Origin: Amoebidium appalachense
Lineage: Eukaryota; Protista; Ichthyosporea
Length of the DNA: 64,000 bases
Direction of reading: 5' to 3'
NCBI GenBank assembly: GCA_963693365.1
Contig: CAVNZM010000007.1
Span: forward strand, 3,438,159 to 3,502,158
Positions 46,225-58,781 of this stretch are shown here, piece after piece. The translations under genes were made by a program, and so were the position numbers. The notes under the pieces were generated by a model. The model had not been told where the DNA came from. It saw only the letters and a program-made list of their open reading frames with translations, and ran no database searches. How positions within the stretch are numbered: the first letter of the stretch is position 1; every line of letters starts with the position of its first letter.

Positions 46225-46466
46225 GCTTTACGACATCCATAAACCCTATGGATGTCGTAAAGAGGGTTGATGGATGTCGTAAAGCGTATATCCAATGTAT
46301 ATACATAAGACGCTCCGTTAACCCCATGGAACTCTTTACACTATCGTAAAGAGGTCGTGCAACCACTCCATATGAACTCGCGGTGTGCTTTACGATGGGT
46401 GACAGGTTTACGCCATCGGAGATGGCATTACGAGGGGTATACGATCCCCGGTGGAGATTGCTGATG

Positions 46467-49400
46467 ATGACCTTCAACAACGGCCAGAGCTAGGATAGCA
46501 CGGAGAGCAGCCGGACGGATGACAGAGCTCTCAATCAACTCATAGTCAACACCGTATTGCTGACTGAAGCCTTGAGCAACACCACGGGCCTTGATCTTGG
46601 TGTCACCAGCCGAGTTGAGAGTTTTCTCAGAGACAATCCACTTGAAGCCGATGATGTTAGCACCAGGGGGAGGGTCAACAAGTTCAAAGATGTCTTTGTC
46701 GACGAAGGCTTGATACTCAGCAGTGAGGGCTGACTTGACCTGGTCACCATTGGGTCCCGAACACAGTTGACGGACAAGTTTGGGTAGTTGGTCGATGTTG
46801 ATGGAGGGACCGGGGGGAACTGGCAGGGTGGTGGTGGCTTGAAGTCCAACCTTGCCTTGTAGACGGGCAGAACGACGGGGTGCAGGAACCGGGGGGGGTG
46901 GAGACGGGGGAGGGGGGGAACTTGGAAGTTCGGAATTGCAGGGGGGGCAACCTCCGGGCTTGACGGGGCCGAGTGGAAGTTGTCGGGGGAGCCGGGTCGG
47001 ATGGGGGTGACGTTGCCAGGGGTAGGATGAATGTCGGCAGGCTGGACGGGCACGGGAGCAGGGGGGCCGGTGGGGGGGGGGTGTCGGTGGAACGACGACG
47101 GCAGGAGGGGGGCCAGAGTACACCAGACAAACATCATCTTCAGTGTCAACTGTGGGGGGTGGGGTGGTCGAGGTGGCAGTGGTGTCGGGGGTCGGAAGTG
47201 TTGATGGAATGTTGGACGGGAGATAAGCTGATTCGTCGAAAATCACATCACGGAAGAAGCCGACACGATGGGTGGTGGGGTTGAAGATCCGGTGGCAGTG
47301 TGATTGGAGATCATAGCCGATATACATGCCGAGTTTGACGGTGGGGGCCAGCTTGTTCCGTTTAGAGGCTGGCACATGGGTGTAGGCAGGGCAACCGAAC
47401 ACTTTGAGCTCGGAGATGTCGGGCTTGACACCGTAGAAAACCTCGAATGGAGTAAGACCATTGGCAGTCGTGGACGGGGTGACGTTGATGATGTAGGCAG
47501 CATGTTGGAGGGCCTCAGCCCACAGTTTGGGGGACAGAGACTGATCTTGGACTTGATGGAGGAGGCAACGAACAATCTCTTGGAGGAACCGCATACGACG
47601 TTCAACATAGCCGTTCAGTTGAGGGCAGTCCACCGGAGCATAACTGGCCTTGATGCCCTGGGAGAGGCAAAAAGCACGGGTAGCCTGGGAGGTGAACTCA
47701 GAGCCGGAGTCGAAGTGGTAGACACCAACTTTGGAGGGGGCATGGGCCAGCAACGAGGTTGGTGTGAGCTGTGAGAATGTCCAGGGTGGTTGTACGGTCG
47801 GCCATCGGGTAGATCTTGACGAGTCCGGAGGCACGGCAGACAGTGACGAGAGCAACCTTGGAACCTCCGTACGATGTTGTGGTAGGCTCAAAAAAATCCC
47901 AATGCCATTCATGACCGGGGGTGTTGGAGTGAGGACGGTCACCCTTGAACGGAGCCTTGGTGGTTTTACCCATAATGCAGCCATGACAATCAGGAACATC
48001 ACAGTCGAGGACAGACGAGGGGAGGCCAATAACAAGGTCGTGTTTCACCATGTCCTTGATGCTGGTCATAGCACGGTGCCCCAGACGATGGTGCCAGATG
48101 GATGGGTTAACACTGGTAGTGGCAGCCAGAGCCACAGGACGAGTGGGTGTTTGAATGGTGTAGTCCTTGAAGTAATACAGACCGTTGTGTAGACGGAGGT
48201 TGACGAGATGACGGCCGGTGAGTCGGTCGAAAAGGAATGACGGAGTGGAGGCATCATTCAAATCACCCTTGATGTATTCGGCAGCAGCTTGGGATGTTGA
48301 AATGAGGAAGGCTTGGCCAGACGGGGTGTAGTAGGCTTCAATGGTAAGGGTGGCAGTGCCATGGTCGGTGGTGGTGTTGATGACGATATGGCGGGTGTGG
48401 GTGGCCAAGACGGGGTTTCCATTGAAGGCAGCAACGGGAGTCGGTGTCGGAAGGGGAGTGAGGTCATGGAAGAACTCACGGGTGGGGCAGACAGTCATGT
48501 TGCACCCGGAATCCCAGGCAGGGTCGGAGGACACGGGGACGGAGCTAGCATTGTATGCCGAGAAAGCAAAGGAGACAGATTTCTCACTGCCTTGACGGGA
48601 ACGGTTGTGTCTGGACATACGGCATTTCGGCTCGGGGCAATCGATGATCTTGTGATCAGGCTCGTGGCAGTAGGAGCATGCATTCACGGACGGGTTGTTA
48701 GAACGAGCCGGGGAATCAGAACGACGGGAACCCGAGAAACGGGAACGACTGGGGGAACGAGACGTGTACCGGAAGGCAGGCCGGTGGGGGGAACGGGATC
48801 GGGTGTGCTGACGGGAGAGACGAGTTCGGAGGTCCGTGCCATGGGTACGGTCAAGTCGGTTGCGTAAGTCACGGCGAGGAAGATCACGGGGGGGAGCACT
48901 GGCATTTAATGCCATGCTGGACTTGGAGGCACGGTGGGCACGGTTGCTCCGGAGTTGCGTCTTGAGGTCTTGACGTAGCTCGATGCCCTTGACGTGGTTG
49001 TGGAGGGACTCGAAGTCGGGGAATAGCTTATCACCGAAGTGTTAGTCTTCGATAAGACGGTTGAACTCACTGGCAGGCCGGTGATGTCGTCTCTGGTGGT
49101 GACTCGGAGTTCATTGAAGAACTTCTCAGCTAGACGAGTGAAGTGAATGGACTCATCTTGGAGGGACTGGAGCTGGTTCACGATGGTCTGCAGACGACTC
49201 AGGTAGGTGGTGAACGATTCACCGGGCTGAAGGGCAAAGGCATCCCACTGACGGTGAAGGATGCGGATCTGATCGGGTTTGCCTTGGAGGTAGTGTTGAC
49301 GGAATTTCCACATGGCCCGTTCAGGGTCCATGCCAATACGGTACTGGGCAACGGTGGTGAGCACGGAAGGGTCGATGTTCTGAATCATATGGAGCAGGAG

Positions 49401-49655
49401 GCAATTGCGGGCCTCCTTGAGTTCCGCGGTAGTGCCGTAGCCGTAGAAGGGGGGTTCACCGTCAACCGCGACGGTGGTAGGGGGGACGTAGTTGTCAGCA
49501 AGCACGACATCCACAAGTCGGACACCTGTAGTGCCGGTCATCATGCCGATAAAAATGATTTCCCACTGAAAATTGGTGGTTTTGCTATCGGGACCAGTCT
49601 TCCCTTCACCTTTCCACATGGTTATTTTGTTTACACCAGTTTTGTTTGGATCCAT
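46467..49655 (-). pseudogene. Copia gag, zinc knuckle, protease, integrase and RT N-terminus, frameshifted
   Basis: CSYCHEPDHKIIDC knuckle, WDSGC protease motif, WHHRLGH...C..C, DSGSEF...PQLNGYVER integrase, KARGVAQGFSQQYGVDY. Confidence 0.92.
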
Positions 49656-51147
49656 GATTGAAAAACGATCGCTAGTTCTAGATGTGTGTTGGGAGCGTGC
49701 AAAAGGGCTGCATAACCTGTAAAATTATACAAGTATTTGGGACGGAAGCAGAGACACAGTGGTGCAGTATGAAAACACCACAGACACACACAACAACAAA
49801 ACACGAAACGATCGGAGCAGTGTACACAACAGATATCAATGTTTAGACACGACTGAACTCGATTTTTTCCGATCTTCGAATAAATACCTGAAATTCCTCT
49901 CCGATATGGACTGGAGCTTGGAGTACCAGATGATGGGCATACCAGCAAACTCGATGATGTAGCCGGTGGTAGACTTCTTGCTGTCGGCACAACCAGCAAA
50001 GTCAGCATCCGTGTAGCATTCGAGTATGGGGGGCTGGGTGGCCAATTACTTGTAGTCAATGCCAAGGTCAATGGTGCCGAGCAGGTACCGGGCCACACGA
50101 CGGAGAAGGTCCCAGTGAGTCTTGCCGGGGTTGGTGCTGAACCGACCAAGGAAGCCCCACAGTTGACACTGAAGATGATGTTTGTCTGGTGTACTCTGGG
50201 CCCATAACCTGTTAAATTATATAAGTATTTGGGACGGAAGCAGAGACACAGTGGTGCAGTGTGAAAACACCACAGACACACACAACAACAAAACACGGAA
50301 CGATCGGAGCAGTGTACACAACAGACATCAATGTTTAGACACGACTGAACTCAATTCATTCTGATCTTCGAATAAATACCTGAAATTCCTCTAAGTCTAA
50401 TCCATACATGATTTCCGACCAGTCGGAAATCAGATCTATCTCTAATAGAAACCAATCACTAAGAACCAATTGCTTTCAGAGAGATCTGGTACGCGGAGAC
50501 GTACACGATAGGACACAGACACTAGTTAAGATCAACTCGTGTCATCATCAAGGAAGTTCTAACCTATGACACACTGCAAAGACTCAGACATATCACACTT
50601 AACCTTGATGATTGGTTAAAGCCCGGCAACACATGAAAACTAAAGTAAATTAATGAAGTCTAAACACACATGTTATTCTAAGCCTTGTAGCCTAAGTGTG
50701 TTACCGTCCAATGAACACGTATTAAGTAACACAAATCTACCTAACATATATTAGTAGAAAAGAAATACGATTATACACATCATGATGCAGACAAGGAGAG
50801 AAAGAAAAGAAAATAAGGAAGGAGCAAGAGGAAGGAAAAGAGAGCACAGATCAACAAACAAGATAGTGATAGCATAACTATAACTAGAGATATTTATGTA
50901 CACACAAACATGTACACGTCTCTCCCTGAGTGGGTGGATCCGTGTACACACAAATAAATATTCTAATCGATATCACAATACACGATTAAAGCCGATACAA
51001 CACGATTACAAGTATACAAGCATATCGGAGACCGATGCTACACTTTACATAATAGGAGTGTGGCATTTACACTTAAGCATATGAACTGAAACATAACACA
51101 AACTGAGAAGATCTTACCATAATATTTAAATACTACGTATTACAACA

Positions 51148-52494
51148 AAAGCACCCTTGGTGTAGGTTCAAGAATGCCACCGAGACTGAACAGGGGGTCG
51201 TCGGGTTGACCGGACGTTGTATCCAGGAACTGCCGGAGGAGATGGGCTTGGGAGAAGTGGGTGAGGGGCAGGGCAGCTAGAGTGACGTTGACACCTCGGG
51301 CCTGTACATCCGTCTTGGAGGTTGGGAGGTGGAGGGTGGCATGGGACAAAGTACCGGTGGGGGTGTAGCTGAAGGTCACGTCCTTCCGTTTAACGTGACG
51401 GGACGGGTCGAAGGAAGTCAGGGTTTTGGAGGTAAATTCCCCCGAACGGAGGAGACCACAGAAACCGACGATGAGGGCCGTCCATAGCCGTAGATTGGCC
51501 GAGGAGGCCTTGGTGGGGCACTGGCCATGGAGTAGGGTGAGGTGGGAGGGCAGGAGGGGCTCCCTGGTGGATGATCGGGGTCGGATGTTGTGAGAAAGCT
51601 GCCATCTGCCCACCCCTCGGAGGAACCATTCCAGAGACTTGTCGTGGGGGTAGGGAGCAGGGAGGCCCATGTCGAGGTGGAGTCTGGTGATGGCCGAATT
51701 GTAGCCGGCCAAGGAAGGGCCTGTACCCCTCGTTTGGCACACCAGGCGAGAAAAAGCTGCACGGTGTGGGGGGAGGCTAGGAGGGAGGACCCGGCGGAGG
51801 ATTGCAGCCGAGATGCCATACAAAAATCGATGAACACTTTTTGCACCCGGGGAGTAAAAGGCCCGAGAGTCGAGGTTGAGACTCAGGGCCTGGCATTCCT
51901 GCAGGGTAGTGGTGGCACGAAGCAGCTCGGCCGGAGCAAAGTGGGGGGCCAATCTGCCAGCGTTGCTCCGGAAGGGGAGATCTGGGGCGGGGGGGGGGGG
52001 GGGGGGGGGGTGAGCCCAGGGGAAGGGATAGGAACTTGTGGACCCAGGAGGGGAGGGGGCAGGGCTCCGGTTGCAGGTAAGGTCGGAGTCGTCGGGCCCG
52101 GGGAAGTTGGTTACGAGAAATGGCATCGGTTAGAGTTCAAAGTTTGAGGGGTCCCGGTAGGTAGGAGGCCTGTAACGTAAATTGGTATTTCATTTCCATG
52201 CGGGTGGTGAACCGAAGAAGTTTGGCCATCACGGGGTGGGGGGAAGACCGGGAGTGCAGGTCTAGGTTGGGGCCCACCCGAGAGGTGGAGGGGCCGCGAT
52301 AGCCGATGTTGACACCGAATTCGACATCGTGGAGGAGCTGCGCGGCGAATGATTGATCTGCATAGGGGGCCAGCAGCTCCCGGAGGCGGGAGGTGTCAAC
52401 GTGGTGCTGGGGCAGCGGGGCGGGCCTCCGGGTCTGAGCCTCGGGGGAAGGGGTGGTTAGCAAGGGTGGGGCACCCTCGGGGAGATCCCGGCAT

Positions 52495-52553
<59 letters not shown>

Positions 52554-54464
52554 CAGGGCCCCGGGGGGTTAGAGTAGGGCAGCTGGGCCCGAGGGAGGGT
52601 TTGCAGGGAGGGCAGCGGGGCCCTGTGCAGGGGATGCCCGAGCACGCGGGGGTGTGGGCGGACTCAGAGTTAGAAGAAGGGGGAGGGAGTGCTAGGTGAG
52701 TGTAAGGGGGGGGAGGCTCGTGGGATGGGGGGGGGAGTAAAATTATGCGCAGTGGACAGAATGACGTCTTTGTGTAGGGACATTTATTCTTGGCGCGCGC
52801 GGGCGCCGTAGTTGGCCTGCGAAAAATGTTACTCAGCCCGAGTGGCCCGTTTTTCCCGAGCTCCGTGTCCTTGTACCCGTGTATCCTAGCTCCTAGCCCC
52901 TATGTTCTATCTGTGGGTTTGGGTGTGCGCGTAGACTAGGCATTGTGCTTGCAGTCTTTGCGGGGGTGTGTGCCAGAGCAGAGCGGGCACACGTGGGAGA
53001 AGGGGCAGGGCTGCTCAGCGCAGGACCGACGGTTGATGTGGAAATGCCTGCAGTGTGTCGCGGGTAGATCCACGGGTCGGGCTGGTGGTGCCGGGCCGGG
53101 TTGCGGGTCAGGTCGGTTGGGGGTTTGTCCCCCGCCGGGCTTGTGGGGCGGCTCGAAGCCATCAAGACCACAGCCGGGCTTGGGGTACATGGGGCAGGCC
53201 GCGCTGGGGTGGTCGGGGGAAGCCGCAGCGCTGACATGCGTCCGGGATGAGCAGAGTGGGTGGCAGGAGGAGATCCTGGTGGAGTTGGGCGAGCAGGTTG
53301 GGACACTCGATCGGGGCCCGACCCTGCTGGTGGGCAACTGTACGGGCGTACACGTCGTAGTTGTGGATCTGGGCCCACTAGGTATCGGGTGCTGAGGCGA
53401 GTGATGTGCTGAGTCCAAAGTACGTCCTTGTCTGTGGGGAGGTCGAGGTGATGCTTGGCGGCCATGTAATGGGTCCAAGCTTGGATCCAATTGACGAGGG
53501 AACGCAGGGGAACGGGTTTGTCGTTGCGAAAAGTCTCGATGCTGCCGTTGTCGGTCATGCGCAGCTGCTGACCTTTCTTGGATGGGGCCAGGAGGGCTGC
53601 GGGGGTGAACTTAAACAGGTCGACGAAGCGATGGGCGCGCAAATCTGCCAGCACATCCGCGGGGGGAAGCGGCAGTGTGCCTGGCTGAATGTCGCCAGTG
53701 TTCTCACCTGTAATGGGTGGCGCGGGCAGGGCAGGTAGGTCCAGGTCAGGGCCGAGATGCAGCCCCGGGGAAACCTCCCCGGGTGCGGGGGGGGCGGCTG
53801 GGGGTGCGGGAGGGTCGCGGTTGGTGAGAGCGGCCAGGACGCCGGCCATCTGGGTGCTGAGGGCGGTGAGGGCGGCAAGGACGGCGTCCTGAGAAGTCAT
53901 TGGCGGGGATGGCGGGGCCTGAGGAGGGACCTCAGGAGTAGAGGGGAGAGTAGCCGGAGGGTCCGTAGCGGTTAGGGCCTCCGGAGGCGCGTCAGTGCAC
54001 GCGGGAGCGTTAATCAGCCTGTGGCGGAGGTCGCTGCGGGTCAGGCGCTTAGGTGCCGCGGCAGGGGCGGTGGCTGAGGCCTGGCGCTTTTACGGCGGCA
54101 TGCTGACCGGCGTAGGGAAAGATAGGGAGAATGAAAAGAAAATATAGCTGTAAAGCTGTAGGTGCTCAACACAGAAGATGTGTCTGTTGCTTGCTGATCT
54201 GCTAAAAACTGTCGTGCTTATATACCTAAGGCTACCGATCTGAGCCAATCAAAATCGATCTAGTGTTATGTGAAATCTGAACCTGAGCGAATCAAACTCG
54301 GTCTAGTGATCTGTGGAATCTGATGTTTTGATCGGCTAATAGGTGCCTGTATGCGGGCAGCCGAACGCGAGCTGCTAAAACACGAAACGAAGCCTACATG
54401 GTTATGTTGATATCGGACACCCATCCTACGTGTTTAATGTCAATAAAACTCCACAAATAAAACC
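51148..54464 (-). mobile_element. Degenerate Ngaro copy (most of RT/RH deleted, YR frameshifted and cut by the copia LTR)
   Basis: Colinear with 27264-31588; deletion junction near 52260 (VGPNL/DLHSRSS). Confidence 0.88.
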
Positions 54465-54618
54465 ACTCCTACGCCTATATAATATTTCAGTTGTATTTTT
54501 GGGTCGCCACAACGCAGCGGATCGCCACGAAACGGATTGGTTGGAAATCACATGTTCGGCGCGCGGGCGTTGTGTGCGGCACATGCTTCGCAATACACCA
54601 TTTAACATGTGGTCACAT

Positions 54619-55931
54619 CGGTTTTATTTATGGAAATTATTGACATAAATATTTTTCTGGGTAAACACGTAGGATGGGTGTCCGATATCAACAGGCTTCG
54701 TTTCATGTTTTAGCAGTTCGCGTTCGGCTGCCCGCATACGGGCACCTATTAGCCGATCAAAACATCAGATTCCACAGATCACTAGACCGAGTTTGATTGG
54801 CTCAGGATAAGATATCACAAAACACTAGATCGGTTTTGATTGGCTCAGTTCGGCAGCCTTAGGTATATAAGCACGACAGTTTTTAGCAGATCAGCAAGCA
54901 ACAACACATCCTCTGTGTTTAGCACCTACAGCTTTACAGCTATATATTCCTTTTTCATTTCTTCTCCCTATCTTTCCCTACGCCGGTCAGCATGCAGCCG
55001 AAAAAGCGCCAGGCCTCAGCCGCCGCCCCTACCGCGGCACCTAAGCGCCTGACCCGCAGCGACCTCCGCCACAGGCTGACCAACGCATCACTCGCCTCAG
55101 CACGCGATACCCGTGGGACCAGATCCACAACTGTGACGTATACGCCCGAACCGTTGCCCACCAACAGGGTCGGGCTCCGATCGAGTGTCCCAACCTGCTC
55201 GCCCAACTCCACCAGGATCTCCTCCTGCCACCCACTCTGCTCATCCCGGACGCATGTCAGCGTTGCGGCTTTCCCGAGCACCCCAGCGCGGCCTGCCCCA
55301 TGTACCCCAAGCCCGGCTGTGGTCTTGATGGTTTCGAGCCCCCCCACAAGCCCGGCGGGGGACAAACCCCCCAACCGACCCGGCCCGCAACCCGGCCCGG
55401 CACCACCGGCCCGACCCGTGGATCTACCCGCAACACACTGCAGGAATTTCCACAACGGTCGGTCCTGCGCTAAGCAGCCCTGCCCCTTCTCCCACGTTTG
55501 CCCGCTCTGCTCTGGCACACACCCCCGCAAAGACTGCAAGCACAATGCCTAGTCTACGCGCACACCCACACCCACAGATAGAACATAGGGGCTAGGAGCT
55601 AGGTTACACGGGTCCAAGGACACGGAGCTCGGGAAAAACGGGGCACTAGGGCTGAGTAACATTTTTCGCAGGCCAACTACGGCGCCCGCGCGCGCCAAGA
55701 ATAAATGTCCCTACACAAAGACGTTATTCTGGCCACTGCACATAAATATACTCCCCCTCCCATCCCACGAGCCTCCCCCCCTTACACTCACCTAGCGCTC
55801 CCTCCCTTCTTCTAACTCTGTGTACGCCCACACCCGCGCGTGCTCGGGCATCCCCTGCACAGGGCCCCGCTGCCCTCCCTGCAAACCCTCCCTCGGGCCC
55901 AGCTGCCCTACTCTAACCCCCCGGGGCCTTG

Positions 55932-55966
<35 letters not shown>

Positions 55967-58746
55967 ATGCCGGGATGTCCCCGAGGGTGCCCCACCCTTG
56001 CTAACCACCCCCTTCCCCCGAGGCTCAGCCCCGGTGGCCCGCCCGCTGCCCCAGCACCACGTTGACACCTCCCGCCTCCGGGAGCTGCTGGCCCCCCTAC
56101 CCAGCCCAATCATTCGCCGCGCAGCTACTCCGTAACCAACTTCCCCGGACCCGACGACTCCGACCTTACCTGCAACCGGAGCCCTGCCCCTTCCCCTTCT
56201 GGGTCCACAAGTTCCTATCCCTTCCCCTGGGCTCACCCCCCCCCCCCCCCCCCCCCCCCCCCCAGATCTCCCCTTCCGGAGCAACGCTGGCCGATTGGCC
56301 CCCCACTTTGCTCCGGCCGAGCTGCTTCGTGCCACCACTACCCTGCAGGAATGCCAGGCCCTGAGTCTCAACCTCGACTCTCGGGCCTTTTACTCCAGGG
56401 TACAAAAAGTGTTCATCGATTTTTGTGTGGCATCTCGGCTGCAATCCTCCGCCGGGTCCTCCCTCCCGGCCTCCCCCCACACGGTGCAGATTTTTCTCGC
56501 CTGGTGTGCCCAACGAGGGGTACAGGCCTCTTCCTTGGCCGGCTACAATTCAGCCATCACCAGACTCCACCTCGACATGGGCCTCCCTGCTCCCTACCCC
56601 CACGACAAGTCTCTGGCCTGGTTCTTCCGAGGGGTGGGCAGATGGCAGCTTTCTCACAACATCCGACCCCGATCATCCACCAGGGAGCCCCTCCTGCCCT
56701 CCCACCTTAGCCTACTCCATGGCCAGTGCCCCACCAAGGCCTCCTCGGCTAATCTACGGCTATGGACGGCCCTCATCGTCGGTTTCTGTGGTCTCCTCCA
56801 TTCGGGGGAATTTACCTCCAAAACCCTGACTTCCTTTGACCCGTCCCGTCACGTTAAACGGAAAGACGTGACCTTCACCTACACCCCCACCGGTCCCATG
56901 CCACCCTCCACCTGCCAACCTCTAAGACGGATGTACAGGCCCGAGGTGTCAACGTCACTCTAGCTGCCCTGCCCCTCACCCACTTCTCCCCAGCCCATCT
57001 CCTCCGGCAGTTCCTGGATACAACGTCCGGTCAACCCAACGACCCCCTCTTCAGTCTCGGTGGCATCCCCTACACCAAGAGTGCTTTCTCTGCCGATTTC
57101 CGTGCCCTCCTCTCCCGGGCAGGCCTCTCACCCTCCCGGTTTGCCGGACACAGCCTCCGCATCGGGGGGGCCACAGCACTGGCTGAGGCCGGGGTCGACG
57201 ACTCCCGGATCAAACAACTCGGCAGGTGGTCCTCCGACTGTTTCCTGATCTATACCCGACTTCGTCCGGCCTCCATTGCTGCCACTACCACACGTGTATT
57301 CGCCTCTATTCTTAAGTGAAACCTTTGGAGCAAGCATACTGCTCTCGTGCCGTGGTTTACAACCATTGCAGGTTCACTTTCGTCCAAGGGGATGTCCCCC
57401 TAGAGGCAACACACGTCCCGGAGTAGTTTTCATAGAGGTTTTATTTGTGGAAATTATTGACATAAATATTTTTCTGGGTAAACACGTAGGATGGGTGTCC
57501 GATATCAACAGGCTTCGTTTCATGTTTTAGCAGTTCGCGTTCGGCTGCCCGCATACGGGCACCTATTAGCCGATCAAAACATCAGATTCCACAGATCACT
57601 AGACCGAGTTTGATTGGCACAGGATTAGATTTCACATAACACTAGATCGGTTTTGATTGGCTCAGTTCGGCAGCCTTAGGTATATAAGCACGACAGTTTT
57701 TAGCAGATCAGCAAGCAACAACACATCCTCTGTGTTTAGCACCTACAGCTTTACAGCTATATTTTCTTTTTTCATTTCTTCTCCCTATCTTTCCCTACGC
57801 CGGTCAGCATGCAGCCGAAAAAGCGCCAGGCCTCAGCCGCCGCCCCTACCGCGGCACCTAAGCGCCTGACCCGCAGCGACCTCCGCCACAGGCTGACCAA
57901 CGCATCACTCGCCTCAGCACGCGATACCCGTGGGACCAGATCCACAACTATGACGTATACGCCCGAACCGTTGCCCACCAACAGGGTCGGGCTCCGATCG
58001 AGTGTCCCAACCTGCTCGCCCAACTCCACCAGGATCTCCTCCTGCCACCCACTCTGCTCATCCCGGACGCATGTCAGCGTTGCGGCTTCCCCGAGCACCC
58101 CAGCGCGGCCTGCCCCATGTACCCCAAGCCCGGCTGTGGTCTTGATGGTTTCGAGCCCCCCCACAAGCCCGGCGGGGGACAAACCCCCAACCGACCCGGC
58201 CCGCAACCCGGCCCGGCACCACCGGCCCGACCCGTGGATCTACCCGCAACACACTGCAGGAATTTCCACAACGGTCGGTCCTGCGCTAAGCAGCCCTGCC
58301 CCTTCTCCCACGTTTGCCCGCTCTGCTCTGGCACACACCCCCGCAAAGACTGCAAGCACAATGCCTAGTCTACGCGCACACCCACACCCACAGATAGAAC
58401 ATAGGGGCTAGGAGCTAGGTTACACGGGTCCAAGGACACGGAGCTCGGGAAAAACGGGGCACTAGGGCTGAGTAACATTTTTCGCAGGCCAACTACGGCG
58501 CCCGCGCGCCAAGAATAAAAGTCCCTACACAAAGACGTTATTCTGGCCACTGCACATAAATATACTCCCCCCCCCATCCCACGAGCCTCCCCCCCTTACA
58601 CTCACCTAGCGCTCCCTCCCCTTCTTCTAACTCTGTGTACGCCCACACCCGCGCGTGCTCGGGCATCCCCTGCACAGGGCCCCGCTGCCCTCCCTGCAAA
58701 CCCTCCCTCGGGCCCAGCTGCCCTACTCTAACCCCCCGGGGCCTTG

Positions 58747-58781
<35 letters not shown>

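Larger units (their letters stand above)
23159..46466. mobile_element. 23.3-kb TIR DNA transposon (CMC/CACTA-like by structure) with nested elements and a cargo gene remnant
   Basis: 14-bp TIR CATCAGCAATCTCC / GGAGATTGCTGATG and AT duplication. Excision restores copia RT ...LAVVEGHDIHQLDV. Both arms are rich in ACGAC/GTCGTAA motifs. Confidence 0.8.
20478..51147 (-). mobile_element. Ty1/copia LTR retrotransposon, split by a 23.3-kb insertion; 5' LTR 50210-51147, 3' LTR 20478-21494
   Basis: gag-PR-IN-RT-RH order on the minus strand; TG...CA LTRs; PBS GGTTATGGGCCC next to the 5' LTR; purine-rich AAGTGGGGA before the 3' LTR. Confidence 0.9.

Noticed and set aside
45494-46480. 328-aa ORF as a novel fusion gene
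   Set aside because: Chance read-through from transposon arm sequence into the truncated LINE ORF2 C-terminus.
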